64,000 nucleotides of DNA from Polyangiales bacterium (lineage in GTDB: Bacteria; Myxococcota_A; Polyangia; Polyangiales; Polyangiaceae): the NCBI GenBank assembly GCA_038231275.1, contig JBBRLQ010000036.1, positions 1 through 64,000 on the forward strand, given 5' to 3'. The position numbers and the translations under genes were made by a program. Positions 1 through 10,163 of the stretch are shown here, piece by piece; position 1 is the stretch's first letter; each line of letters begins with the position of its first letter. The notes under the pieces are model-generated. The model ran no database searches. It saw only the letters and a list, made by a program, of their open reading frames with translations, and was not told the DNA's origin.

Positions 1-83
1 ACCGGAGTCGGCGTCGGAACCGGAGTCGGCGTCGGAACCGGAGTCGGCGTCGGAACCGGAGTCGGCGTCGGAACCGGAGTCGG
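1..83. repeat. 18-bp tandem repeat ACCGGAGTCGGCGTCGGA, about 4.6 copies; encodes SDADSG on the minus strand
   Basis: Perfect copies visible at the window start. Confidence 0.95.
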
Positions 84-405
84 TGTCCGCGTCCGTGTCC
101 GGGCCTGCGTCGTCGAGCGGGCCGCCGTCGGGCGTGCAGGAAAAGTCGGTCGTGCAGACCCACTTGCCGGTTTTGCACTGGCAACCGTCGGTCTTGCACT
201 CGCGGAAGCAGACGATCGCGCTCGATGCCGTGCAGGGATCGCCGGCGTGCGTGAACGTCGCGCAGAACGCGGCGCCGTCGGAGACCGCGAAGCTGCCGTC
301 GTCGGTGGACGCATCGGTCGTGTCGCCGGACGGCGTGCTCGGACAGCCCGCGAAGACGAGCAGGGCGCCGGCGGCGGCGAGGAGGAAGAAGACGGGCGCG
401 CGCAC
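1..405 (-). CDS. Cys-rich lipoprotein with SDADSG repeat region (partial, runs off the left edge; not in ORF track)
   Basis: Manual translation from GTG 405 gives MRAPVFFLLAAAGALLVFAGC (lipobox), then a Cys-rich segment (CATF..C..CFRECKTDGCQCKTGKWVC), then DADTDSGSDADSG repeats. Confidence 0.75.
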   Translation of the reverse strand, partial: MRAPVFFLLAAAGALLVFAGCPSTPSGDTTDASTDDGSFAVSDGAAFCATFTHAGDPCTASSAIVCFRECKTDGCQCKTGKWVCTTDFSCTPDGGPLDDAGPDTDADTDSGSDADSGSDADSGSDADSGSDADSG

Positions 406-409
406 GCCG

Positions 410-1336
410 TTACTTTAGCGCGAGCGCGCGCGTCTCGCCGATGTCGAAGATGCAGAGCCGGTCCTCGGCGTAGCCGTGCTCTTTCCACCACGCACGCATG
501 CGCTCCGGCGGCTCACCGAGCGGCTCGTCCGTGAGCTTGAACGTGCCCCAGTGCATCGCGACGAGGCGCGCCGCCCCGAGCAGCTCCCACGCGCGCCCCG
601 CCTCTTCGGGGCCCATGTGCTGCTCTTGCATGAACCACACGGGATCGTACGCGCCGATGGGCAGCATCGCGTAATCGATCGCGGGGAAGCGCTCGCCGAT
701 CGCGCGGAAGACGCGCTCGCTGAAGGCGGTGTCACCCGCGTGGTACGTCGTGACCTCCGGCGTCTCGTAGACGAAGCCGCCCCACAGCCTCTTGTTGCGA
801 TCCCACGGCAGGCGCATCGACCAGTGCTGCGCGGGGACGAGCGTGATCTTGAGATCTCCCGTCGTGAACGTCTCGAACCACCCGAGCTCGACGACGTTGG
901 GGAGTCCCGCCTCGTGCAAAATTTCTCCGCAGTCGCGGGGCACCACGTACGTGGGTCCCCGGCCCAGCGCTTTCAGCGACGCGACGTCCAGGTGATCGTA
1001 GTGCGTGTGCGAGACCGTCACGACGTCGATGGGCGGCAGGTTTTCGGTCGCCACGCCCGGCGCGGTATGCCGCTTGATCGTCCCGATGCGCGGCACCAGG
1101 ATCGGATCGGTCGCGACGAGCTTGCCGGCGAGTCGCATCACGAACGATGCGTGCCCGATCCACGTCAGGTGCGGAGACGTCTCCCGCAGCGCGGCGCCGT
1201 CGTTTTCACGCCGCGGCGTGACGAAGCCGTCCTCGTTCCTCCACTTCTTCTCGCGGATGCGCGCGATCTGCCACTTGAGGAGATCGCCGAGCCTCTTGTC
1301 CGGCGTCGTGCCGTCGAGGTTCGTGTACAGCGGCAT
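410..1336 (-). CDS. MBL-fold metallo-hydrolase (NAPE-PLD/RomA-like)
   Basis: TWIGHAS, SHTHYDHLD, PAQHWS, HAGDT, PIGAY and MHWGTF motifs. Confidence 0.9.
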   Translation of the reverse strand: MPLYTNLDGTTPDKRLGDLLKWQIARIREKKWRNEDGFVTPRRENDGAALRETSPHLTWIGHASFVMRLAGKLVATDPILVPRIGTIKRHTAPGVATENLPPIDVVTVSHTHYDHLDVASLKALGRGPTYVVPRDCGEILHEAGLPNVVELGWFETFTTGDLKITLVPAQHWSMRLPWDRNKRLWGGFVYETPEVTTYHAGDTAFSERVFRAIGERFPAIDYAMLPIGAYDPVWFMQEQHMGPEEAGRAWELLGAARLVAMHWGTFKLTDEPLGEPPERMRAWWKEHGYAEDRLCIFDIGETRALALK

Positions 1337-1383
1337 CGACGTGGTCCGCGCGGATCAGAAAGACGATCAGGAGGAAGGACGCG

Positions 1384-1938
1384 TCAGGATCCCGCCGCCG
1401 GGCGCACGGGGATGATCTGCACGCGACGGTCCGGCCCCTCACCGTTCGACTCCGTGCGCACGCCTTCCATCTCCTTCAGCGCCATGTGCACGATGCGGCG
1501 ATCGCGCGCGCTCATCGGATCGAACGTGATGACCTTGCCCTCTTGGGCGACGCGCTGCGCGAGGCGCTTGGCCATCTCCGCGAGCTGGTCTTCGTGCCGG
1601 GCGCGGTAGCCTTCTGCGTCGACCTGGACGTGCTTGCGCTCTTCGCCGGCCTTGTGGGCGACGCGGCTCGTCAGGTACTGGATGGCCTCGAGCACGGCGC
1701 CGCGCTTGCCGATCACGCGCCCGGCGTCGGGCCCCTCGATCTCGATGCGAATCTCGTCCGCGTTCCCTTCGCCGTCGTCGGGCGCGAGGTTCACCTCGGC
1801 ATCCATCTGCATGTGCGTGAGCATCGTCCGGACGAACTTCAGGCTCCGCGCCGTCTGCGCGTCGAGGCCGTCCTCGCTCACGGCCGCGCGCGCGCCCTGT
1901 CCGTCTTGCTGCTTCGGATCGGTGGTGGTCTCAGACAC
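1384..1938 (-). CDS. jag: Jag/EloR/KhpB RNA-binding protein (KH + R3H)
   Basis: KH motif GRVIGKRG, R3H motif RRIVH, position directly after yidC. Confidence 0.92.
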   Translation of the reverse strand: MSETTTDPKQQDGQGARAAVSEDGLDAQTARSLKFVRTMLTHMQMDAEVNLAPDDGEGNADEIRIEIEGPDAGRVIGKRGAVLEAIQYLTSRVAHKAGEERKHVQVDAEGYRARHEDQLAEMAKRLAQRVAQEGKVITFDPMSARDRRIVHMALKEMEGVRTESNGEGPDRRVQIIPVRPAAGS

Positions 1939-3670
1939 GTGCTTTTCCCTTTCCTAGGCTCGCAGGGCCGCCGCCGACTTCTTTGACGACGATTTCACCC
2001 TTCGAGGATCCCGATGTTGGCGATCGGGGCGCGACTTTCTCGACAATCAGCTGCTGGGAGATGCCCAGGAGGCTGTTGGTCAACATGTAAACACCGAGCG
2101 CGGCCGGGAGGAAGAGCATCATTACGGTGAAGACGGCCGGGAGCATGTACATCATCATCTTTTGCTGCATCGGATCCATGCCCTGCTGGGGCACGATCCG
2201 CTGCTGCACGATCATGAACACGCCGAGAACGATGGGCAGAATGTAGAAGCGGTCGGGGGCCGAGAGGTCGGCGAACCACAAGAATTTCGTGTGGTACATC
2301 TCCACCGCGGTCTGGAGGGTCGTGTACATCGCGAACCAGACCGGCATCTGAACGAGCTGCGGCAGGCAGCCGCCGAGCGGGTTCACGCCGTGCTTGCGAT
2401 AGAGCTCCATCGTCGCGAGCTGCTTGGCCTGCGCGTCGTCGGTGTAGCGCGCGGCGAGCGCGTCCATCTCCGGCTTCAGCTTGCGCATCGAAATCGTGGT
2501 CCTGATTTGCTTCAGCGACAGCGGGAAGAGGATGAGGCGCAGGCAGATCGTCATGACGATGATCGCGAGGCCCCAGTTGTTCGTCACCTTGTCGTGGAAG
2601 AACTCGAGGATCTTGATCAGGAATTTGGCGACCGGCGAGAAGAAGCCGAGGTTGATGGCGTCGCCGAGGCCCGCGCGCCCGCCGCCCGCGGCCGCGAGGA
2701 CGTCCCGCTCCTTGGGGCCGAAGAAGGCGGTCTGGCGGTACGTCGCCGCTTCTTGCGGCGCGAGCTGACGAATCGGATACGTGAGCTTGCCGTGGTAGAC
2801 GGCGCCCGACGCGTCGTCGTCGGCGGGCTTGCCGAACGCCTTGCGCTCCTCGGCGAGGAGGCCGCACTCCGGCTTGTCGCCCCCTTCGGGGATGACGGCC
2901 TGCACGAAGTAGTAGTTGTTCACGCCGACCCAGCGGTCGAGAAGCGGCTCGGCGTACCAGCCGCCCTTGAAGTCGTCCTTCTGCTTGCGCGACACGTCGG
3001 TGCCGCGTGCGCAGTCGAGCTCCGTCGCGAACGGCGAAACGCGGCCGAGGCTGCCTTTGACCTCACCGTTCGTGCGGAAAGCGAACATCTCGATGTCGAG
3101 CCGGTGCTTCTTCGGCGCGTCCGTGAGGTTCTTCACCTCGGTCTCGACGAGCAGCTCGAACGGGCGCTCGCCGACCTTCACCGTCTTGGTGAGCGCGACG
3201 CCGTCGTCGGTGTACGTGAACTTGCAGCCGGTGTCGCCGAGGCGTTCGAGCTTCCAGTCGAAGCGGTCGAACTTGACCTGGTCGTTCGCATTCTCGGCGC
3301 GGAAGAGCGTGCGGAGGGAGCGCCAGCGCTCGTGATCCGGCGTCGTCGACATGTCGAAGCCGTCGGTCCCGGCGTAGCGCGGGTCGCGGATGAAGAAATG
3401 CGTGAGCGCGGCGCCGCGGGTCGACATCTCCGCGTCGAAGCGCTTCCCCTTGATCTTGCAGAGCTCGCCCTCGGTCGGCTGCCACGGCTTGCCGTCGGGC
3501 CCCGGCGCGTCGACGGCGTCCGGCACGAAGCCCGGCGCGTTCACGTAGACCTCTTCGGGGACCGACTGGGTCTTGTCGCTCTTTCCCGTGATGAGGGGCA
3601 TCCCCCACTTCCAGAAGGCGATCATGGCCACCGCGATGACGACCCAACGAAGTACGGTGTTACGATCCAT
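1931..3670 (-). CDS. yidC: Membrane protein insertase YidC
   Basis: NWGLAII..T..RLILFPL and NPLGGCLP..QMPVW motifs, C-terminal TM bundle, operon context. Confidence 0.97.
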   Translation of the reverse strand: MDRNTVLRWVVIAVAMIAFWKWGMPLITGKSDKTQSVPEEVYVNAPGFVPDAVDAPGPDGKPWQPTEGELCKIKGKRFDAEMSTRGAALTHFFIRDPRYAGTDGFDMSTTPDHERWRSLRTLFRAENANDQVKFDRFDWKLERLGDTGCKFTYTDDGVALTKTVKVGERPFELLVETEVKNLTDAPKKHRLDIEMFAFRTNGEVKGSLGRVSPFATELDCARGTDVSRKQKDDFKGGWYAEPLLDRWVGVNNYYFVQAVIPEGGDKPECGLLAEERKAFGKPADDDASGAVYHGKLTYPIRQLAPQEAATYRQTAFFGPKERDVLAAAGGGRAGLGDAINLGFFSPVAKFLIKILEFFHDKVTNNWGLAIIVMTICLRLILFPLSLKQIRTTISMRKLKPEMDALAARYTDDAQAKQLATMELYRKHGVNPLGGCLPQLVQMPVWFAMYTTLQTAVEMYHTKFLWFADLSAPDRFYILPIVLGVFMIVQQRIVPQQGMDPMQQKMMMYMLPAVFTVMMLFLPAALGVYMLTNSLLGISQQLIVEKVAPRSPTSGSSKGEIVVKEVGGGPASLGKGKARV

Positions 3671-3950
3671 TCGGGCTTCTTTCGGGGGCGGCTTCGGGCG
3701 CGAGGGTAGGCGGCGCAGGCGGCGCAGGCGGCGGGAGGTCGACGCCCCCGGGGTGAAACGGGTGGCACTTACACAGGCGCACGATCGAAAGCAAGCTGCC
3801 TTTCCCCGCGCCGTGCGTGGAGATGCACGCGGCGGCGTACCGCGAGCACGACGGTTCGAACCGGCACGCCGGGCCCATGAGGCCCACGAGCACGGGCGAC
3901 ACGAGCCGCTGGTAGGCCCGGATGAACGCGAGGAGGAGCTGGGCGATCAC
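3660..3950 (-). CDS. yidD: Membrane protein insertion efficiency factor YidD
   Basis: CRFEPSCSRY and RLCKCHPFHPGGVD; lies between rnpA and yidC. Confidence 0.95.
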   Translation of the reverse strand: MIAQLLLAFIRAYQRLVSPVLVGLMGPACRFEPSCSRYAAACISTHGAGKGSLLSIVRLCKCHPFHPGGVDLPPPAPPAPPTLAPEAAPERSPNGS

Positions 3951-4372
3951 GGGGGTCCGGCCTTTTTCCCGGGCGAATCATGCGCACGGTTCGCCCCTCG
4001 CGCCACCGTTTCGGCCGCACGTTTACGGAGAAGGCTCGCGATCCCCTGCCACTCGGCCCGAACCTCCCCCAGGCTCATCAAATCCGCCCCGTTTTTTGCG
4101 ATCACGACGAGATCGACCCCGTCCGGCAGCAGATCCTTCCACGCCCGGAAGCACTCACGGCAGAGCCGCTTGATGCGGTTCCGCGCGACGGCGTTGCCGA
4201 TCTTCTTCGTCACGAGGAGCCCTAGGCGCGGCGACGCGGGCTCGCCACGCTGGGCCGCGAGGAGGAGTACGAAATGAGCGCAGGTAACGCGTCGCGAGTT
4301 CTGCTGAATACGCAAAAAATCCACACGCTTGCGGACTCTTCGCGACTTCGGGTACGCGGCGCCTACCGACAC
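3947..4372 (-). CDS. rnpA: Ribonuclease P protein component
   Basis: RLGLLVTKKIGNAVARNRIKRLCRE (RNR motif); start placed at GTG 4372, downstream of the rpmH stop. Confidence 0.93.
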   Translation of the reverse strand: MSVGAAYPKSRRVRKRVDFLRIQQNSRRVTCAHFVLLLAAQRGEPASPRLGLLVTKKIGNAVARNRIKRLCRECFRAWKDLLPDGVDLVVIAKNGADLMSLGEVRAEWQGIASLLRKRAAETVARGANRAHDSPGKKAGPP

Positions 4373-4418
4373 CTTCGACGCCGGCGACAAAGCGGGCCTG
4401 CCTGACGGCCGGCAGCCG

Positions 4419-4568
4419 CTACTTCTGGTAGATGCCGACCGACAGACGCTTGCGGCCCTTACGCCGGCGATTCGCGAGAACCTTCTGACCACCCGAGGTG
4501 GCCATACGGGCGCGGAAGCCGTGCGTCCGAACGCGGCGCAGGTTGTGGGGCTGGTACGTGCGTTTCAT
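4419..4568 (-). CDS. rpmH: 50S ribosomal protein L34 (below the ORF-track cutoff)
   Basis: Manual translation: [49 protein letters not shown]. Confidence 0.98.
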   Translation of the reverse strand: MKRTYQPHNLRRVRTHGFRARMATSGGQKVLANRRRKGRKRLSVGIYQK

Positions 4569-4751
4569 TGGGGGCGTGCAATCAAGCACCTTCCCGAAAG
4601 GCCGTCAAGGGTTTCGGCGGGCTCTTCGGCGCTCGTCTCGGCTTCTCTTGAATCGCCAAAGCGCCTCGCGAGCCCACATCTTTTTGGCAACCGTCCGTGG
4701 CGATCGGATACCGTCTTACGACGCAGTCGTCGGGCGCATTCCTCTCCCCAG

Positions 4752-6524
4752 ATGACCACCACGAAGAAATCCATCCGCACCTGGTTGTCGGCCACGTGCG
4801 TCACCGCAAGCCTTCTGATCGCTCCGCAGGCGCTCGCCCAGCAGGCGACCTTCCATCTCGATCGCCTCGAGATGCCAGGCGCGCCGGACGACGGGCTCGT
4901 CCTGTTCCGGCCGGTCACCCAGCCGAAGCCGACATTCTTCGCGCAGCTGGGGCTCGGCTACCAGCTCCGCCCGCTCCACACAGCGAACATCACGAACGAC
5001 AAGACGACGCTCGACTCGTCGCACGGCGGCGTGATCCAAAATCAGTTCTCGACGTACATGACGGCGGGTCTCCAGCTCGGCGATCGCTTCACCGCCGCGG
5101 CGACGCTGCCGGTCGCGTGGATCCAGGACGGGTACCAGCCGAATTTTTCCGGCAGCCTCCTCAACACGAACCGCCGCACGTCGTTCAGCACCGAGGGCCC
5201 CGGCGCCGGGGACTTGCGCCTCGACTTCCGCGTCGTGGCGTACCGCTCCCCTGATAGGCGCTTCGCGGTCGGCGCGCAGCTGAGCGTGTTCGCGCCGACA
5301 GGCAGCAACGCGAACTTCGGCGGCGACGGGCTCACGAGCGCGATGGTGATGGGCACGGTGGAGTACACGCCGTTCCGCTTCCTCACGCTCGTCGCGAACA
5401 CCGGCTTCCATTTCCGTCCCGACAACTCGATCAACGATCCGCAGCACGATCAGGGGCTCGGCGTCGGCAACGAGTGGCGGTGGGCGGTCGGCGGCTTCAT
5501 CCCGCTGAAGGACAGCAAGGGCTTCGAGCGCTTCCGCCTCGGCGGGACCGTCTTCGGTCAGACCGGCATCGAGAGCTCGAACATCATCGGCGACACCGCG
5601 TTCACAAAGCGCAACACGCCCGTCGAGTACAATGGCGAGTTCCGGATGCGCTTCGGCCCCAAGGACAACTGGTGGTGGGGCGCCGGCGCCGGCTCGCGCA
5701 TCCTGAACGGCTACGGCGCGCCCGAGCTCCGCATCGTCGGTCTCGTCGGCTTTCACTTCCCGATCGTCGACAGCGATGCCAACTCGCCCGATCGCCGCGC
5801 GCTTTTGCGTGAGCGCTGGCGCGATCGCAAGGTCGGCGACGCCGATCACGACGGCATCCCCGACGACGTGGACGCGTGCCCGAACGATCCCGAGGATCAC
5901 CTCGGCAACGATCCCGGCGACGGCTGCCCGCTCCCGCCCGACCGGGACGGCGACGGCATCCCCGATCAGTACGATCGCTGCCCCGACAAGGCCGAGGACA
6001 AGGACGGCATCGACGACGGCGACGGCTGCCCCGAGGACGACGCCGATCAAGACGGCATCGGCGACGCGCAGGACGCGTGCCCGAGCGTGCCCGGCCACAA
6101 GAGCCCCGATCCGAAGCACAACGGCTGCCCCACCTCGATCGAGGTGCAGGGCGACAAGATCTTCGTCCTCCAGCAGGTCCATTTCGAGACCGGATCCACG
6201 GTCATCGCGGCCGACAGCTTCCCGATGCTCCAGGAGATCGCCGAGTATTTGAAGGTGACCCCCAAGATCAAGAAGATGTCGATCGAGGGGCACACCGACG
6301 ATCGCGGCGACGCGGCGATGAACCTGAGCCTGTCGCAAGGCCGCGCCGCGTCGGTCCGCACGTGGCTCTCGCAGCACGGCGTCGAGTCGAACCGACTCGA
6401 ATCGCACGGTTACGGCGAAGAGAAGCCGATCGAGACGAACGACACCGACGCGGGCCGCAAAGCCAACCGCCGCGTCGAGTTCAAAGTCACCGAGCAGGGC
6501 GACGAGAAGCCGACGAAGCCCTAG
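4752..6524 (+). CDS. OmpA-family protein: signal peptide, beta-barrel-like N-terminus, TSP3 Ca-binding repeats, OmpA_C (TraB-like architecture)
   Basis: Signal peptide ending ALA-QQ, DxDxDGIPD..D.CP repeats, IEGHTD...NRRVEF; ATG 4752 preferred over the ORF-track start at 4329. Confidence 0.88.
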   Translation: MTTTKKSIRTWLSATCVTASLLIAPQALAQQATFHLDRLEMPGAPDDGLVLFRPVTQPKPTFFAQLGLGYQLRPLHTANITNDKTTLDSSHGGVIQNQFSTYMTAGLQLGDRFTAAATLPVAWIQDGYQPNFSGSLLNTNRRTSFSTEGPGAGDLRLDFRVVAYRSPDRRFAVGAQLSVFAPTGSNANFGGDGLTSAMVMGTVEYTPFRFLTLVANTGFHFRPDNSINDPQHDQGLGVGNEWRWAVGGFIPLKDSKGFERFRLGGTVFGQTGIESSNIIGDTAFTKRNTPVEYNGEFRMRFGPKDNWWWGAGAGSRILNGYGAPELRIVGLVGFHFPIVDSDANSPDRRALLRERWRDRKVGDADHDGIPDDVDACPNDPEDHLGNDPGDGCPLPPDRDGDGIPDQYDRCPDKAEDKDGIDDGDGCPEDDADQDGIGDAQDACPSVPGHKSPDPKHNGCPTSIEVQGDKIFVLQQVHFETGSTVIAADSFPMLQEIAEYLKVTPKIKKMSIEGHTDDRGDAAMNLSLSQGRAASVRTWLSQHGVESNRLESHGYGEEKPIETNDTDAGRKANRRVEFKVTEQGDEKPTKP

Positions 6525-6807
6525 CTGTCGGGTCTATCGGGGCCGCCCGGGCCGCCCCCGATTTCGTCCCGGACACCCTCGCTTGCTCGCAACGTCGCGA
6601 GATCTCCGCGTTCGCGTTCCGGCACGCGCGTCGCAATGGAGGGGACATGCTGCTGCGCGGGGCGCGCCCACGGATATGCTCCATCCCATGACGAGGTCTT
6701 CCTCGCCGGAGAAGCTCCGCCACGTCCGTCCCGCGCAGCCGCTGCGTTTTCCGTCTTCGCGGCACCTAGGTCGCACGACTGCGGGCCGAGCTGGGCCGAT
6801 AGCCCGA

Positions 6808-7965
6808 CTACCGCACGAAAATCTCGCACACCCACACGCTGCCGTCGGGATCGGTCACCACGCCGAAGCCTGCGCGGGTGAAGTCCGTGCGCAAGAGATT
6901 CGCGCGGTGCGATGGGCTCTGCCACAGCGCGCGGTGCGCCAGCTTGAGGGTGGCCGCGTGCGCGACGTTCTCGCCGGCCTCGCGCGCCGGGATACCTGCA
7001 TTCTGCAAGCGTCGTACGGGCTCGCCGTCGCCGACGTCGTGACCGAGCGCGCGGGCGTCGAGCATCCTTCGCGCGTGGTTCGTGGCGAGGACGTCCAGGC
7101 CCGCTTGGCGCGAGACGTGGCCGAGGCCTTCGCCGTCCCGGAGCGCCGCGACCATCGCCGCGAGCTGCGACGTCGCGTCCACGGCCGCGTCGCCCGCGTC
7201 CTCGCCGGGGGCGGAGAGGCTCGGCAGCTCCGTCGGCGGCGTCGCGTCGGCGAAGATGCGCGCCTCGAGGATCGGGCGCGGCCCCGTCGACACCTCGGCG
7301 ACGATCTGGATCGTGAACGCGCCGGGGCGATCGGGCGCGAAGCGGGCTCGAACGCGCGCCCCCTCGAGGCTGGTCGGCACCCGACGGGGATCGCCGCCGG
7401 GTCCGAGGACGATGACGCGCGCGCCGGTCGCGGGGACGAGAAGACGCGCGCCTACGTCGAGCCATTGCCCCGTTCGAACGCGCGTCGGGATCGGATCCAG
7501 ATCGGCCAGCGCGTCGACCGCGATCGCCGCGACGATCTCGGTTCCGTCGGTGGCGACGCCCGATGCGACGCCGCAGCGACGCTCGCCCAGATCGCGGAAG
7601 CTCGCGCGCCACGTATCGAGGCGACGCAGCGTCGCGTCGTGATCGAGCGCCCGACCGGAGACCGCCCACGCGCGGGGCCACACGTGCGGCTCTCCCTCCA
7701 CGCGCTGCGCGAACGCGAGGGCTTCGGTGTCGAGGAACGGCAGCCCCGCCGCCTTCCGATCGACGACGCGCGCGGCGACGCGGACCAGCGCCGCGTCAGG
7801 CGCCCCGCACCGTGACAAGAGATCGGCCTGCCGATCCGTCAGCGACTCGGCGCGCGTCGACTGCGGCGACTCGGTCGTCGTCGCCCACGTGAGGGGGGCG
7901 GCAACAGGCGCAGCAGCGACGAGCATCGGCGCGAGGACCACCAACGCGAGAACGGCGAAGCGCAC
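6808..7965 (-). CDS. Secreted CAP/SCP-domain protein
   Basis: Signal peptide; C-terminal AGENVA...SPSHRANLL...G.GV CAP motif. Confidence 0.85.
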   Translation of the reverse strand: MRFAVLALVVLAPMLVAAAPVAAPLTWATTTESPQSTRAESLTDRQADLLSRCGAPDAALVRVAARVVDRKAAGLPFLDTEALAFAQRVEGEPHVWPRAWAVSGRALDHDATLRRLDTWRASFRDLGERRCGVASGVATDGTEIVAAIAVDALADLDPIPTRVRTGQWLDVGARLLVPATGARVIVLGPGGDPRRVPTSLEGARVRARFAPDRPGAFTIQIVAEVSTGPRPILEARIFADATPPTELPSLSAPGEDAGDAAVDATSQLAAMVAALRDGEGLGHVSRQAGLDVLATNHARRMLDARALGHDVGDGEPVRRLQNAGIPAREAGENVAHAATLKLAHRALWQSPSHRANLLRTDFTRAGFGVVTDPDGSVWVCEIFVR

Positions 7966-7974
7966 GTCCCCATC

Positions 7975-8121
7975 CTAGACGCCGCCGCGCGCCAGGGCCC
8001 GTTCTTGGCGGCTCTTTTCCAGCTTCGCGAGCCGCCGTCGTTCGTTGCGGTGGCCGAGAGCGAGGCCCAACCGCAGCCCCAGCAAGAACGCTGCGACTGC
8101 GAGCAGTGCGCCGAAGATCAT
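7975..8121 (-). CDS. Small single-TM hypothetical protein (48 aa, not in ORF track)
   Basis: Manual translation MIFGALLAVAAFLLGLRLGLALGHRNERRRLAKLEKSRQERALARGGV* fills the gap between two co-oriented genes. Confidence 0.55.
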   Translation of the reverse strand: MIFGALLAVAAFLLGLRLGLALGHRNERRRLAKLEKSRQERALARGGV

Positions 8122-8140
8122 CGTCACGCCTCGGCTGAGG

Positions 8141-9892
8141 TCAGTTGACGGAGAAGCTCTTGCCGACTTTGACGTTGCCGCCCGAGAACGCCGGGATGTG
8201 CGCGCTGCGGAACTTGCCTGCGACGCACCCGCCGCGCGGCGTGCCCGCGAACGGGGGCTGGTCCACCACGGCCGACACGACAGAGCCGTCGCTGCCGAAC
8301 GTGACGCTGATGTGGCCGGAGCCCGTCGGGCCGTCGCCGACCTTGGCGCACGCCGCCACGCTCACACCGCCGAGCGCCGCCGCGGCCGCGCCGCGATCGA
8401 AGCCTTTGTCGGACGCGGCCGCCGGAGGAGGAGGGGGAGGATCGTTGTTGCCGGCCGCTTGCTTCAGCGCAGCGGCGAGCCCGCCGCCGCCGCCACCACC
8501 GCCGCTCTTCGGCAAGTCGGGCGGAGGGGGAGGCGCCACGGCGCCGCCGCCACCACCACCACCACCACCACCACCGGTCTTGGCTGCTCCGCCACCACCG
8601 CCGCCGCCACCGCCGCCACCACCGGCCTTCGGCGCTGCGGCCGCGGGTTTGTCGGTGGGAGAAGCTGCAGCTGCGCCGCCGCTCTTCGGATCGTTCATCG
8701 CCATCGGCGCCGCGGTTCCGGCGCCCGTCGCGGCCGCGGTCGTCGTCGGATCGGCCGTGGGCGCCGCGGTCGCGGTGGGGATCGCCGTCGCTTGGACGGT
8801 TGGCGCGTCGGGATGCCGCGTCACGAGAAAGACGATCGTGCCGAGCATGCCGAGGAACACGGCACCGATCACGCCGTACATGACGAGGTTCTTGTTCTTG
8901 CCGCCGGACGGCGAGCCGTCGGCGAAGTCGCTGTGGTCGACCGGGGGCGGAGCCAGGATCGGCGCCGCGAGGGCCGCGCCGAACGCGCCGCCGCCGCCGA
9001 GGTTCATGATGTCGTCGACGTGGGAATGCTTGTCGTCCTTCTTGTCGCTCATGTTCGCGCTGAGGGCGCGGATGTCGATGAGCCCGGAGCCGTCACCTTG
9101 CGGCGCGGCGGCCGGCTTCTTCTCTTCGTTCGCGGTCAGCGCGGTGAGGGAGAAGAGGACGCTGTTCTCGTTGCGCTGGCCGGTGAGCTTTTGATCGCCC
9201 TGCATCTCCGGCGTGCCGGCCGGGGCGCTCGTCATCACGTCGTCCTCGCCGCCGGCCGCCGAGGCGCCGCCGAAGAGATCGCCGCCGCCCGCTCGTCCGC
9301 CGACGCGGCGCGCGGCCACTGGAGCGGGCGCGGGCGACGGGGACGACGAGCCCCCGAAGAGCCCAGCGCTCACGCCGTTGCCGTTCTTGCCGTTGCCGTG
9401 GCTCGAGAGCGGGATCTGATCCGTCGCCGTCGCGTCGTCTTTCTCGTACGAAGGCGGCTCGGGGTTGCCGAGGCTGAGCGGCGCCTGGTCGGAGTACGCG
9501 AGCTCCGGAGCGAGCGAGGGGCGGTTCGTGCACGCCGCGTAGAGCTGCTCGATCTCGCGGAGCGGCAGCCAGTCCGGCATCCCGTCCTTCCAGCAGTAGG
9601 TCTCGTCGTTGCAGACGCCCGCGTGGTACTCGGCGACGATCTCCTGCATCGTCATGGTCCGCTGATCGCCGTCGGCGACGTTCACCGTCCACTGCTCGCC
9701 GGCACCTCCGCCCGCGGTGTAGTCGAAGACCGCGCCGTCCCCGCTCGCCCCGCTCCCGGACGCGGCTTGCTCGTTGCCGTTGATCACGATCGTCGCGCTG
9801 CACTTCTTGCAGCGGATTTTCACGATCTTGCCGAGGACCTTTTCGTCCGCGATCGTGTATTTGGCCTGACACGACTGGCAGGAGATCTTCAT
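8141..9892 (-). CDS. Zinc-ribbon + GYF_2 + TM + C-terminal periplasmic domain protein (AgmX/GltJ-like)
   Basis: MKISCQSCQAKYTIADEK..KIRCKKC (MJ0042-type ribbon), CWKDGMPDWLPL (GYF_2), RNENSVLFSL, one TM helix, poly-Gly/Pro linker. Confidence 0.8.
   Translation of the reverse strand: MKISCQSCQAKYTIADEKVLGKIVKIRCKKCSATIVINGNEQAASGSGASGDGAVFDYTAGGGAGEQWTVNVADGDQRTMTMQEIVAEYHAGVCNDETYCWKDGMPDWLPLREIEQLYAACTNRPSLAPELAYSDQAPLSLGNPEPPSYEKDDATATDQIPLSSHGNGKNGNGVSAGLFGGSSSPSPAPAPVAARRVGGRAGGGDLFGGASAAGGEDDVMTSAPAGTPEMQGDQKLTGQRNENSVLFSLTALTANEEKKPAAAPQGDGSGLIDIRALSANMSDKKDDKHSHVDDIMNLGGGGAFGAALAAPILAPPPVDHSDFADGSPSGGKNKNLVMYGVIGAVFLGMLGTIVFLVTRHPDAPTVQATAIPTATAAPTADPTTTAAATGAGTAAPMAMNDPKSGGAAAASPTDKPAAAAPKAGGGGGGGGGGGGAAKTGGGGGGGGGGGAVAPPPPPDLPKSGGGGGGGGLAAALKQAAGNNDPPPPPPAAASDKGFDRGAAAAALGGVSVAACAKVGDGPTGSGHISVTFGSDGSVVSAVVDQPPFAGTPRGGCVAGKFRSAHIPAFSGGNVKVGKSFSVN
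8479..8625. repeat. CCG/CCA triplet tracts encoding poly-Gly runs in the AgmX-like gene
   Basis: Visible ccaccacc/ccgccgcc runs. Confidence 0.85.
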
Positions 9893-10163
9893 CGCGGGTC
9901 CTGTGCGCCAAAGGTGGCGTCGGCTTGGTGGCGGGCGCGGTCAGCGTCCATTTCAGCGTCTCCTCGACAAGTACAAACTATAGCGGTCCGATTCCGTAGC
10001 GATCAAGCAACCGTCCCAATGAGGTCGAACCAATGGCCGCGTTGGGCGTCCCGGCGGCTCCAGCCTTCGCGAGAGACATCCTGACGAAAGCGTTTGACGC
10101 GCGACCTCCGAACATCATGGGTACGGGCGGGGTAGTCTTTACGTCAGACGGAGCGCGACGCGA

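Noticed and set aside
1..83. 18-bp repeat as a CRISPR array
   Set aside because: The copies are directly adjacent with no spacers, are in frame within a lipoprotein gene, and there are no cas genes.
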